DNA of 64,000 bases from an uncultured Erysipelotrichaceae bacterium (GCA_900316365.1 ONCO01000003.1:26825-90824); one strand, 5' to 3'. Shown: positions 19,498 through 28,631, numbered from the stretch's first letter. The notes: generated from the sequence alone by a model not told the origin. Numbers and translations: made by a program.

Positions 19498-21481
19498 GAA
19501 GAATCCTGCTTCCCGCAGAAAGATATCCGGCAAGGCCATGATGAAGAACCTCGGCCGTTTGATTTCTTACATGTTTAAGTACTATCCGGTGCACTTTGTA
19601 CTTGTTTTCGTCTTCATCTTGCTCAGCACCGTCTCTAGCGCCGTCGGCTCTTTATTCATCGGTCAGATCACCGACTTTATCGGCGGTGGCGTGGCCGAAG
19701 CCGTTTCGCCAGACGACAAAGTCGTCCTCTTCCTTAAAGTGGTGGATGTCTTCAATGGCCCGGCCGGAGTTAGCTATGGTAACGTCGGCGACGCCGCGTG
19801 GTTCGCCTTATTGGGACAGATGTCCTTAATGATGGGCATAGTCTATGCGATCGGTATCGCGGCTAACTACGGTTATCAGAGATTGACCGCCGTTATGTCC
19901 CAAGGCGTCCAGAGAGTCATCCGCGAGGAACTCTTCTCCCAGATGGAGTCGCTTCCATTACGTTACTTCGATTCCCGCAACCGCGGCGACATCATGTCTA
20001 TCTACACCAACGACATCGACTCCCTCCGCGAGATGCTCTCCCGCGCGCTTCCGACCCTCGTCTCCTCCTTCGTTACCATGGCCGTCGTCTTGGTGGCGAT
20101 GATCCTTCAGTCTTGGCTTTTGACCATCGTCGTCTTGACCTTCTTCCTTATCGAGTTGATCGTCATGGGCTACGTCACCAAGCAGTCTGCTAGATTCTTC
20201 ATCGCCCAGCAGGTTTCCTTGGCTAAGGCCGACGCCTACATCGAAGAAATGACCACCGGCCAGAAGGTCGTTAAGGTCTTCAATTACGAAGAACGCGCGA
20301 AGAAAGACTTCGACGTCCTCAATGAGACCCTTTGCAAATACACCACCAGCGCTCAGCGCTTCTCCTCGATTCTTGGCCCTATCACCAACAACCTCGGCAA
20401 CCTCCAGTTCGCCGTCATCGTCTTAATCGGCGGCTATGGCATCATCAACCATGTGCCTGGACTTACCGTCGGCGGCATCGTCGCCTTCCTCTCGCTCTCC
20501 AAATCCTTCATGATGCCGGTTAGCCTTGTCTCTCAGCAGATTAACCTTATTACCATGGCTCTTGCCGGTGCGGAGCGTATCTTCAACCTCATCGACGAAC
20601 CAAGCGAAGTTGACGATGGCTACGTTACCTTGGTCAACGCGAAGGCCGATGAGAATGGCAACCCAGTCGAATGTGAGGAAAAGACCGGCCGTTGGGCTTG
20701 GAAACATCCTCATTCCGAAGATGGTTCCGTCACCTATACCTGGCTCGAAGGCAAAATCACCTTTGATGATGTCGACTTCTCCTATGTTCCAGGTAAGACC
20801 GTTCTCCATCACATTACTCTCTGGGCCAAACCAGGTCAGAAAGTAGCGTTTGTTGGTCCAACCGGCGCAGGCAAAACCACCATCACCAACCTTATTAACC
20901 GCTTCTATGACATCGAAGATGGCAAAGTCCGTTACGATGACATCAACATCAATAAGATCAAGAAGGCGGATCTTCGTAAATCCTTGGGCGTCGTCTTGCA
21001 GGACACCGCCTTATTCACCGGCACTGTCCGCGAGAACATTGCCTATGGCAATCCTGACGCGACCGACGAGGAAATCGTCCGCGCGGCCAAACTTGCCAAC
21101 GCGGATAACTTCATCCGCATGTTGCCTCAGGGCTATGACACCGTCCTCACCAACGCCGGCGCAGGCTTGTCCCAGGGCCAGAGACAGCTTCTCTCCATCG
21201 CCCGTTGCGCGGTTTCGAATCCGCCGGTCATGATTCTTGATGAGGCTACCTCCTCCATCGACACCCATACCGAAAAGCTTGTCCAGCAGGGCATGGACGC
21301 CATCATGAAGGGACGCACCGTCTTCGTCATCGCGCACCGCTTATCCACCATCCAAAACAGCGACGCGATCATGGTCCTCGAACAGGGTTCCATCATCGAA
21401 CGCGGCAACCATGAAGACCTCATGAAGCAGAAGGGCAAGTACTTCCAGCTCTACACTGGCGGTCAGATCCAAGAAGAATAA
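19487..21481 (+). CDS. ABC exporter half-transporter (permease+ATPase), consensus-site subunit
   Basis: Start moved to ATG 19487 (AGGAGG 8 nt upstream; the GTG at 19478 lies inside the SD). Walker A GPTGAGKTT, ILDEATSSID, degenerate signature LSQGQRQ. Confidence 0.85.
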   Translation: MSNKKNPASRRKISGKAMMKNLGRLISYMFKYYPVHFVLVFVFILLSTVSSAVGSLFIGQITDFIGGGVAEAVSPDDKVVLFLKVVDVFNGPAGVSYGNVGDAAWFALLGQMSLMMGIVYAIGIAANYGYQRLTAVMSQGVQRVIREELFSQMESLPLRYFDSRNRGDIMSIYTNDIDSLREMLSRALPTLVSSFVTMAVVLVAMILQSWLLTIVVLTFFLIELIVMGYVTKQSARFFIAQQVSLAKADAYIEEMTTGQKVVKVFNYEERAKKDFDVLNETLCKYTTSAQRFSSILGPITNNLGNLQFAVIVLIGGYGIINHVPGLTVGGIVAFLSLSKSFMMPVSLVSQQINLITMALAGAERIFNLIDEPSEVDDGYVTLVNAKADENGNPVECEEKTGRWAWKHPHSEDGSVTYTWLEGKITFDDVDFSYVPGKTVLHHITLWAKPGQKVAFVGPTGAGKTTITNLINRFYDIEDGKVRYDDININKIKKADLRKSLGVVLQDTALFTGTVRENIAYGNPDATDEEIVRAAKLANADNFIRMLPQGYDTVLTNAGAGLSQGQRQLLSIARCAVSNPPVMILDEATSSIDTHTEKLVQQGMDAIMKGRTVFVIAHRLSTIQNSDAIMVLEQGSIIERGNHEDLMKQKGKYFQLYTGGQIQEE

Positions 21482-21485
21482 ACAT

Positions 21486-21974
21486 ATGAAAAAGCAAGAG
21501 ACCCATGGCTTCGGACCATGCTATGACGCACATAGCGAGGTTTTAATCCTTGGGTCTTTTCCTTCTAAAAAGAGCAGGGACGTGTGTTTCTTTTACGGGC
21601 ATCCGCAGAATCGCTTTTGGCCACTCATGGGGTCGATATTTCATGAAAATGTCCCCGAAAGTGTAGAAGGCAGAAAAGCCTTTGCCTTGAAGCATCACAT
21701 CGCCTTATATGATGCGATTGAGTCATGTGAGATAAGCGGTAGTAGTGACGCCTCGATATCAAACATTGTTCCTGCCGATTTAACCCCGATACTTAACACT
21801 GCAAAGATTCGCCTGATTATCCTTAACGGTAAAACCAGCGAGAAGGCGTTTAAGAAGTATCAGCATATCGAAGGAATAGAAGTGGTCACAATGCCATCGA
21901 CTTCGCCTGCAAACGCGAAGCTAAGGCTAGAGGACCTTGTCTCCATTTGGGGTCCATTATTTGTAAACAAATAA
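21486..21974 (+). CDS. UDG-superfamily DNA glycosylase, deoxyinosine/hypoxanthine-DNA glycosylase type
   Basis: 162 aa. LILGSFPS, GHPQNRFW and PSTSPAN motifs. Codon usage is visibly more A/T-ending than in the flanking genes. Confidence 0.65.
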   Translation: MKKQETHGFGPCYDAHSEVLILGSFPSKKSRDVCFFYGHPQNRFWPLMGSIFHENVPESVEGRKAFALKHHIALYDAIESCEISGSSDASISNIVPADLTPILNTAKIRLIILNGKTSEKAFKKYQHIEGIEVVTMPSTSPANAKLRLEDLVSIWGPLFVNK

Positions 21975-21976
21975 AA

Positions 21977-22005
21977 AGAGGCGGAATTACCGCCTCTTTG
22001 TTGTT
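21977..22005. terminator. bidirectional terminator between convergent genes
   Basis: AGAGGCGG-aatta-CCGCCTCT with an A-run before and a T-rich run after. Confidence 0.8.
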
Positions 22006-22013
22006 AGATCGGC

Positions 22014-23600
22014 TTATTTGGCCGCTGGCTTCTTTTTGGCAGCAGGCTTTTTAGCGGCTGGTTTCTTGGCCGCGGTTTTCTTCGCCGCTGGCTTAGCCTC
22101 GGTTGGCTCGACGACTTTGGCGTTATCGATGAAAGAAGCGACGGAAGTGGCGGCGGAAATGGCGCGATCCTTGCTCTCATAGGATTCGCCACGGACGAGA
22201 ACCGCACCGGTGGTGGCGGCGAGTTGGAACTGGAATCTGCCCTGTTTATCCTTAAGGATACGGAACTTGTTGCCGTCGATAAGCTTCTTGATGGATTCAA
22301 TGGCGCTGGCGGCAGAGGTCTTGGAGGCGTAAGCGCCGTCGGTGACAAACATGACCTGACCATTGTTGGCTAAGAGACGGGCACGCCACTTATTGTTCGC
22401 CTCTGGATCGGTGAAGTATTCAATCTTGCCGCCTTGCTTGGCTTCGATGGCAATATCGACCTGCCATTCGCGGATTTCCTTTTCTGGGAGTTCGGCCAAT
22501 TCGACAATCTTTTCGGCGCCGGCAAACTTCATGACGGAGTTGAGGGCGTTGTTCGCGGAGTCGACAGATTTGTAGACTTCGCCGGTGGCGATTAAGCGGC
22601 CATCGTTAGGGGTGAAGATGCGGAACTGGGAGAAGCCGTTTTTGTCGGTCTGTACCGATTTCACGCCATCTTGTATGTTTTTCTTCAAGGTTTCGATGCC
22701 GGAGAGGGCGCCTTTTTTGGTGGAATAGGCATTGGAGACGATGAGGATTTCGCCATTGTTGGCCTTAAGGCGATATTTATAACCGCCGGCTTCTGGGAAG
22801 ATCTCGTATTTGCCAACGACTTTTGTTTCTTCCTTGGCTGGAGCAGCCTTCTCTTCTTTCTTTTCTTCGACTGGGGTCGGCTCTTCTTCTGGCTCGGCCT
22901 CTTCGGCTGGCTTTTCTTCTTCAGCCGGTTTCTCTTCTTCGACTGGAGCTGGTTCTTCAGTTTTTTCTTCAACTGGTTCTTCCGCTGGAGCGGCTTCTTC
23001 TTTGGTTTCTTCAGCTAAAGCTGGAGCTTCGCTTTCTTCTTTTGGAGCCTTGAAGATCCATTTCTTGCGGCTTAAGTAGTTCCAAACGAGGACGATGAGG
23101 GTAGAGACGCAGAAGATGATGAAGTAGGCCCAGAAGTCTCCGGATTTAAGGAAGCTGAGGTTTAAGGAGATGGACTTACTGCCTTCGTAGACGTTGATGT
23201 CCTTGTTGATTAATGGCAAGAGGTAAACAGCGCCCCAGAAGATGCCCAAGGAGATGAGCAAGCCAATGAATCCGAGGAAAACGAATAAGAAGAACTTGCC
23301 AGTAGAGTTGGCCTTCTTCTTGTCCGCGACATTCTGGAAAACCCAAATTCGGGAGAGAATGTAGTTAACAATGACGCCGATGATGAAGCCGCAGACGATC
23401 GAAAGAGTGTAATTCAATCCGGCTTTCGTGAGGATTTGGATGTTGCCGTTGACGTAGATCTCGCCGTCAATTCCCAAAGCGGTTAAGCCTTTAGCGGCCA
23501 ATAGCTTGGTTAGGAAATCGAAAATCGTCGCGGCGACGCCGACAATAAGAAAACGGACGATTTCTAAACCAATGGACTTAGATTTGTCTTTGTTTGTCAT
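22014..23600 (-). CDS. GtrA-like 4-TM domain fused to acidic linker, four YegP/DUF1508 repeats and a KPAAKK tail
   Basis: 528 aa. Residues ~10-183 are GtrA-like (IVRFLIVGVAATIFDF…, NYILSRIWVF, WNYLSRKKWIF). Residues ~185-260 are an E/P/K/A linker. Residues ~263-490 hold four units matching the E. coli YegP repeat pattern (F.F.LKA.NGE.I..SE.Y.SK..A..GI.SV). Residues 499-528 are the tail [27 protein letters not shown]. Confidence 0.75.
   Translation of the reverse strand: MTNKDKSKSIGLEIVRFLIVGVAATIFDFLTKLLAAKGLTALGIDGEIYVNGNIQILTKAGLNYTLSIVCGFIIGVIVNYILSRIWVFQNVADKKKANSTGKFFLFVFLGFIGLLISLGIFWGAVYLLPLINKDINVYEGSKSISLNLSFLKSGDFWAYFIIFCVSTLIVLVWNYLSRKKWIFKAPKEESEAPALAEETKEEAAPAEEPVEEKTEEPAPVEEEKPAEEEKPAEEAEPEEEPTPVEEKKEEKAAPAKEETKVVGKYEIFPEAGGYKYRLKANNGEILIVSNAYSTKKGALSGIETLKKNIQDGVKSVQTDKNGFSQFRIFTPNDGRLIATGEVYKSVDSANNALNSVMKFAGAEKIVELAELPEKEIREWQVDIAIEAKQGGKIEYFTDPEANNKWRARLLANNGQVMFVTDGAYASKTSAASAIESIKKLIDGNKFRILKDKQGRFQFQLAATTGAVLVRGESYESKDRAISAATSVASFIDNAKVVEPTEAKPAAKKTAAKKPAAKKPAAKKKPAAK
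22017..22106 (-). repeat. coding lysine/alanine/proline repeat (KPAAKK units)
   Basis: Translates to [28 protein letters not shown]. Confidence 0.9.
22821..23048 (-). repeat. coding acidic E/P/K/A low-complexity linker
   Basis: [76 protein letters not shown]. Confidence 0.9.
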
Positions 23601-23731
23601 AAATATCCCTGACTTTCAGTTGGTTATTATACATTTGCTCGCATTTTTTGTGCGCATTCTTTTCTCTTTAACGCGCGCGAGTTTATTTTTGACTCCCTTT
23701 GGGGTATGCTTACTCCCGCGAGGTTAGAACC

Positions 23732-25216
23732 ATGGAAGAAAAATTAACCGATCAAGAACAAGCGAGACGCGAAAAACTCCCGCGCTATGAAGAATTAGGC
23801 GTTGATCCATTCGGCGCCAGATATGACTGGAAAGACAGAATTGTCGATATCCGCAAAAAGGTTGAAGGCCTTACCGCCGAAGACTTAGAAGCGAACCCAA
23901 TCGAAGTCGATGTTGCTGGCCGTTTGGTCGCCATTCGCAGGATGGGTAAAGCCTCTTTCGTTAACATCAAAGACGAATATGGCCAGATGCAGGCTTGGAT
24001 TGGCATCAACGTCGTCGGCGAACACGACTACGACGTTTTCAAACTCGCTGACTTAGGCGATATCGTTGGTTTAAAGGGAACCCTTATGATCTCCCGTACC
24101 GGCGAGCTCACCATCCGCGTCAACAAGTACACCCATATCACCAAGTGCTTAAAGCCACTCCCAGAGAAGTTCCACGGCTTAACTGACCTTGAGGAACGCT
24201 GCAGAAAGCGTTACGTCGACTTAATCATCAACGATGATTCCCGTCGCGTTGCCCTTCTCCGTCCAGCGATCGTTAAGGGTATTCGCGATTATTGCGATTC
24301 CCTCGGCTTCGTCGAGGTTGAGACCCCGGTCCTCTCTCCGATCGCCGGTGGTGCTTCCGCCCGTCCGTTTATCACCCATCACAACACCTTAGATAAGGAC
24401 TTCTATCTCCGTATCGCCACTGAGCTCAACTTAAAGAAACTCATGGTCGGCGGCATCGATAGAGTTTACGAAATCGGCCGTATCTTCCGTAACGAAGGTA
24501 TGGACAACCGTCATAACCCAGAATTCACCACAATCGAGCTCTACCAGGCTTATGGCGACCTCTCCGATATGATGGCCTGGGCCGAAGGCGTTATGCACTA
24601 CGTCGCTGAGAAAGTAGTCGGCAAATCCGTCTTCAAATGGCATGGCCAGGAAATCGATTTATCCAAACCATTCGCCAAGATCTCCATGGCTGAGGCCATT
24701 AAGAACGTCTGCGGCGTCGACTTCACCAAGGATATTCCATTCGAAGAAGCGGTTAAGCTTGCCAAGGAACACAAGGTTCCGCTCGAAAAGAGCTGGAACA
24801 GCACCGGCTATATCATGCAGGCCTTCTTCGATGAACTCGTCGAACCAACCCTCATCCAGCCGACCTTCCTCCACACTTACCCAATCGAGGTTTCCCCTCT
24901 TACCAAGAAGACCGACGATCCACGTTTTGTCGACCGCTTCGAGCTCTTCATCTGCGGCACCGAATTCGGCAATGCCTACAGCGAGCTCAATAACCCATTC
25001 GACCAGAAGGAACGCTTCTTGGCTCAGATGGCCGCCCGCAACCGCGGCGACGATGAAGCCAACGAAATCGACTATACCTTCCTCGATGCCCTTGACTATG
25101 GCATGCCGCCAGCAGGTGGTATCGGCATGGGTATCGACCGTCTCTGCATGCTCATGGCGGAAGAAGATACCATCCGTGAGGTCCTTCTCTTCCCAACCAT
25201 GAAGGATGAGAAATAA
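23732..25216 (+). CDS. lysS: lysine--tRNA ligase (class II)
   Basis: Start moved to ATG 23732 (MEEKLTDQEQARREKL). OB anticodon-binding domain plus class II motifs (FRNEGMDNRHNPEFT, GGIGMGIDRL). Confidence 0.95.
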   Translation: MEEKLTDQEQARREKLPRYEELGVDPFGARYDWKDRIVDIRKKVEGLTAEDLEANPIEVDVAGRLVAIRRMGKASFVNIKDEYGQMQAWIGINVVGEHDYDVFKLADLGDIVGLKGTLMISRTGELTIRVNKYTHITKCLKPLPEKFHGLTDLEERCRKRYVDLIINDDSRRVALLRPAIVKGIRDYCDSLGFVEVETPVLSPIAGGASARPFITHHNTLDKDFYLRIATELNLKKLMVGGIDRVYEIGRIFRNEGMDNRHNPEFTTIELYQAYGDLSDMMAWAEGVMHYVAEKVVGKSVFKWHGQEIDLSKPFAKISMAEAIKNVCGVDFTKDIPFEEAVKLAKEHKVPLEKSWNSTGYIMQAFFDELVEPTLIQPTFLHTYPIEVSPLTKKTDDPRFVDRFELFICGTEFGNAYSELNNPFDQKERFLAQMAARNRGDDEANEIDYTFLDALDYGMPPAGGIGMGIDRLCMLMAEEDTIREVLLFPTMKDEK

Positions 25217-25234
25217 GTCCCAAAAACAGCAAGC

Positions 25235-25260
25235 AACCGCCTTTTATAGGCGGTTTTTTC
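25235..25260 (+). terminator. intrinsic terminator after lysS
   Basis: AACCGCC-ttttata-GGCGGTT followed by TTTTC. Confidence 0.8.
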
Positions 25261-25334
25261 GTTATTGCTTATTGCAATAATTCTCCATTTAGTTACTCTA
25301 AATGTAAGCAAGTACATAGATGGAGGTTTTTCCC

Positions 25335-27236
25335 ATGGAAAAAACACGTATCCAAGATGATTTATACCAATTCGTTAATGGCGAGTGGCTCGAGAAAGCC
25401 GTAATCCCGGACGATCGCCCGACTACAGGCGGTTTCGCTGACCTTGATCAAGGCGTGGAGAAACTCCTCATTGCCGACTTCAATAAGTTCGCCAAAGGAG
25501 AAGAAGAGATCCCATCCAAGGAGATGGCGGAAGCGGTGGCCTATTACAAAAAGTTCACCGATGTTTATCGCCGTAACGAGGAAGGAAGCTATCCGGTTTT
25601 AGCCACTTTGGCGAGAATCCGCGATATCAAGACGATGAAGGAACTCCTTTGGAAAACGAAGGAGATTATCTCTGTTGGACTCCCTCTCCCATTTAACTTC
25701 GGCGTTGAGCCAGACATGAAAGACGCGACTAAGTATTCGTTTTCGGTGTCCGGGCCATCAACAATCCTTCCTGACGTTCCGTATTACGACGAGGACAATG
25801 AGACCGGCAAAGCTCTCTTAAAAGTCTATTCCGAGATGGTTGCCAAACTCCTCGCCGAAACCCCATTAAGCGATGAGGAGCAGGAACAATATTTGGCTGA
25901 TTGCCTTGCCTTCGATAAGGAAGTCGCCAAGCACGTTAAGACATCTGAAGAATGGGCCGACTATGTCGATTCCTATCACCCAATGCCATTAGAAGAAGTG
26001 GAAGGCTATTTGCAGCCGTTCCCATTCAAGGCGTTCTTAAAGGAGATCTATGGCGAGAAGATCCCAGAGACCATCGTCGTCAATGACCCAAGAGCCATTA
26101 AGGAATTCAAAGAATATTTCAACGAAGAGAGATTCGACCTCTATATCCATTGGCTCTACATCAAGTGTTTGACACTTGCCTCTGCTTTCTTAACCGAGGA
26201 AATGGCCGAAACCGGCAGAATGTTCCGTAAGGCTTTATTCGGCATCTCTGCCTCCCCAAGCCTTGAGAAGCAGGCCTATCGCATGACTGGCGACGTCTTC
26301 TCCGAACCTTTGGGCGTCTACTATGGCCGTAAGTATTTCGGCGAAGAGGCTAAAGCCGATGTCGTCGAGATGGTTAAGAAGATCATCAACAAATACAAGG
26401 AAAGAATGGCCGCGAATACCTTCTTAAAACCTGCCACGAAGGAGAAGGCGATCCTCAAACTTTCTACGATTGAAATTAAGATGGGCTATCCAGATTCCAT
26501 GGACCCCGTATATGCGAAAATCCACGTCGATGAATATAAATCCTTGCTCGACGTGACCATTGACGCGACCCGTTTGAAGGTTATGGATTCCCTTATGAAG
26601 CTCTGGGAGCCAGTCGACAAGTCCAAGTGGCTTATGCCAGGACACATGGTTAATGCCTGCTATAACCCGTTCGCGAACGACATTACCTTCCCAGCCGCGA
26701 TCCTCCAGGCTCCTTTCTATAGCATCAAGCAGTCCAAGGAAGAGAACCTCGGCGGTATCGGCGCGGTCATCGGACATGAGATCAGCCACGCCTTTGATAA
26801 CAATGGTGCGCAGTTCGACGAGAATGGCAGCCTTAACTCCTGGTGGTCTAAGGAAGACTACGCCGCCTTCCAGAAACTCACCGATGACATGATCAAGCAG
26901 TTTGATGGAATCGAAATCCATGGCGGCAAGGTCAACGGCAAACTCACCGTTAGCGAGAACATCGCCGATAACGGCGGTATGGGCGTCACCCTCGGAGTCA
27001 TGAAAGACATGCCAAAGGCAGACTATAAGAAATACTTCATCAACTGGGCCAAGATCTGGTGCATGAAAGGCCGTTTGCCATATCTTCAGTATTTGCTCCA
27101 GAACGACGTTCATGGTCCAGTCGTCCTAAGAGCCAATATGACACCGCGTAACTTCCCTGAATGGTATGAGACTTTCGGGGCTAACGAGAAAGACGCGATG
27201 TATCTGCCAGAAGATAAGCGCATCAGCATCTGGTAA
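25335..27236 (+). CDS. pepO: M13 family neutral endopeptidase
   Basis: Start moved to ATG 25335 (GGAGG 8 nt upstream). Zinc motif VIGHEISHAFD and downstream ENIADNGG. Confidence 0.9.
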   Translation: MEKTRIQDDLYQFVNGEWLEKAVIPDDRPTTGGFADLDQGVEKLLIADFNKFAKGEEEIPSKEMAEAVAYYKKFTDVYRRNEEGSYPVLATLARIRDIKTMKELLWKTKEIISVGLPLPFNFGVEPDMKDATKYSFSVSGPSTILPDVPYYDEDNETGKALLKVYSEMVAKLLAETPLSDEEQEQYLADCLAFDKEVAKHVKTSEEWADYVDSYHPMPLEEVEGYLQPFPFKAFLKEIYGEKIPETIVVNDPRAIKEFKEYFNEERFDLYIHWLYIKCLTLASAFLTEEMAETGRMFRKALFGISASPSLEKQAYRMTGDVFSEPLGVYYGRKYFGEEAKADVVEMVKKIINKYKERMAANTFLKPATKEKAILKLSTIEIKMGYPDSMDPVYAKIHVDEYKSLLDVTIDATRLKVMDSLMKLWEPVDKSKWLMPGHMVNACYNPFANDITFPAAILQAPFYSIKQSKEENLGGIGAVIGHEISHAFDNNGAQFDENGSLNSWWSKEDYAAFQKLTDDMIKQFDGIEIHGGKVNGKLTVSENIADNGGMGVTLGVMKDMPKADYKKYFINWAKIWCMKGRLPYLQYLLQNDVHGPVVLRANMTPRNFPEWYETFGANEKDAMYLPEDKRISIW

Positions 27237-27444
27237 GAAAAAGCAGCTATGCTGCTAAAAGATTTTTAATGCCAAAGTTACATTTGGTCACTACATCAAA
27301 AATAGAGGCAGACGCTCGGTTAATGCCTCTTCTCCCGACTCTTTTCCTGAGGTGAGTCGAGAGGCCTTGGAAGACTTTCCTTTACTTAGCCGGCTTACAC
27401 CTATAAAATAGGTGAGCCTTTAGAAGGAAAAGGCACACACTCTT

Positions 27445-27476
27445 ATGGTTGCACGTCTCCCGGCGATGCAATCCAT
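27445..27476 (+). promoter_or_regulatory. hairpin directly 5' of the rpsF SD (candidate S6:S18-binding rpsF leader element)
   Basis: ATGGTTGCA-cgtctcccggcga-TGCAA(T)CCAT with one bulge. It ends 12 nt before the AGGAGG of rpsF. Assignment is by position only. Confidence 0.3.
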
Positions 27477-27503
27477 AGACCGAAACTAGGAGGTGCAAAA
27501 TTT

Positions 27504-27791
27504 ATGGGAAAGTACGAGATCATGTACATCCTTACGGCGACCCTCGATGATGAGGCTCGTAAGGCTGAAATCTCCAAACTCCAGGGCATCCTTGACGAGA
27601 ACAAGGTTTCCGTCATCGACACCAAGGAATGGGGACTCCGCGATTTTGCCTACCCGATCAAGAAGCAGCTCAAAGGCTACTATGTCATTCTCACCGTCAA
27701 CGGTGGAATCGAAGGTATCAGAGAGTTCGAACGTCTTGTTCGCTTAGACAATAACGTTCTACGTCACCTAATCACTGTTGCTCAGGAATAA
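27504..27791 (+). CDS. rpsF: 30S ribosomal protein S6
   Basis: MGKYEIMYILTATLDDE… signature. rpsF-ssb-rpsR synteny. AGGAGG SD. Confidence 0.95.
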   Translation: MGKYEIMYILTATLDDEARKAEISKLQGILDENKVSVIDTKEWGLRDFAYPIKKQLKGYYVILTVNGGIEGIREFERLVRLDNNVLRHLITVAQE

Positions 27792-27803
27792 GGAGGACAT
27801 CAA

Positions 27804-28256
27804 ATGGTCAATAGCGTCGTTTTAGTCGGTCGTCTCACCCGCGATCCGGAATTAAGAAAAACCTCTTCTGGCATGAGCGTGGCATCCTTCACCATCGCTG
27901 TCGATGATTCCAGAAAAGGTCCTAACGGTGAAAAAGTCACCGTCTTCATGCCGATCACTGTTTGGGGAGCAGCTGCCGACACGGTCGTAAAATTCACAAG
28001 GAAAGGCGCGCTTGTGGGCGTCGTTGGACGCATCACTCAGCGTAAGTACACCAACCGCAATGGCGTCGAGGTCACTTCTACCGAAGTCTCCGCGAACCAG
28101 GTTGAGTTCCTTGAGCCGAAGAACGCTAGAGGCCAGGACGATATGGGCTTCGCGCCCGATCAGCCAGCGCCTGGACCATCTAACCAGGCCAAGGCGAAAG
28201 AGGAATCGAAGAATTTGGATTCAATCGACATCGTCGATGACGATCTTCCATTCTAA
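27804..28256 (+). CDS. ssb: single-stranded DNA-binding protein
   Basis: MVNSVVLVGRLTRDPELR OB fold. Acidic tip DIVDDDLPF. Confidence 0.95.
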   Translation: MVNSVVLVGRLTRDPELRKTSSGMSVASFTIAVDDSRKGPNGEKVTVFMPITVWGAAADTVVKFTRKGALVGVVGRITQRKYTNRNGVEVTSTEVSANQVEFLEPKNARGQDDMGFAPDQPAPGPSNQAKAKEESKNLDSIDIVDDDLPF

Positions 28257-28286
28257 GGTCCTCCAATAGCCAGAAAGGATACAAAC

Positions 28287-28517
28287 ATGGGTTTCAAGAA
28301 AATGAGACCGCGTCGCAAGGTCTGCTACTTCAAGAAGAACCACATTAAGTTTATCGACTACAAGGACGTTGAACTTCTTCAGAGATTCATCGCTCCAGAC
28401 GGCAAAATCAGCCCACGTAGCGCGACTGGTACTTCTGCGAAATATCAGAGAGAGCTTGCCAAAGCGATCAAAAATGCCCGTTTCATGGGTTTACTCCCAG
28501 AAGCTGGACAGCGCTAA
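28287..28517 (+). CDS. rpsR: 30S ribosomal protein S18
   Basis: 76 aa. RRKVCYF…[13 protein letters not shown]…[20 protein letters not shown]. Confidence 0.95.
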   Translation: MGFKKMRPRRKVCYFKKNHIKFIDYKDVELLQRFIAPDGKISPRSATGTSAKYQRELAKAIKNARFMGLLPEAGQR

Positions 28518-28607
28518 TTGCGCATGTGCTAGGACAATATCCTAAGCACGAAGCGAAAAGCGAATTAGACCGTCCCTCGTGGACGGTTTTTTCATGCCCG
28601 TTTCATG
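28474..28607 (+). repeat. 15-nt direct repeat ATGCCCGTTTCATGG (28474-28488 inside rpsR; 28593-28607 just after the rpsR terminator)
   Basis: Exact 15/15 match read directly from the sequence, 119 nt apart. Confidence 0.9.
28568..28592 (+). terminator. intrinsic terminator after rpsR
   Basis: ACCGTCC-ctcgt-GGACGGT followed by TTTTTT. Confidence 0.85.
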
Positions 28608-28617
28608 GATACGTTGA

Positions 28618-28631
28618 TGTATGATAACATA
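28618..28631. promoter_or_regulatory. perfect 14-bp palindrome GTATGATAACATAC, candidate operator for the RHH-NTase gene
   Basis: Arms GTATG/CATAC around ATAA, 20 nt upstream of ATG 28651. The downstream protein has an RHH-like N-terminus. Confidence 0.35.

Noticed and set aside
23601-23731. T-box leader upstream of lysS
   Set aside because: The leader is only about 130 nt and I find no T-box consensus (AGGGUGGNACCGCG-like), specifier-loop architecture or terminator there.
26424-27113. 229-aa ORF antisense to pepO
   Set aside because: It lies entirely inside pepO on the opposite strand, and its composition is typical of an antisense frame of C-ending codon genes. pepO has unambiguous M13 motifs.
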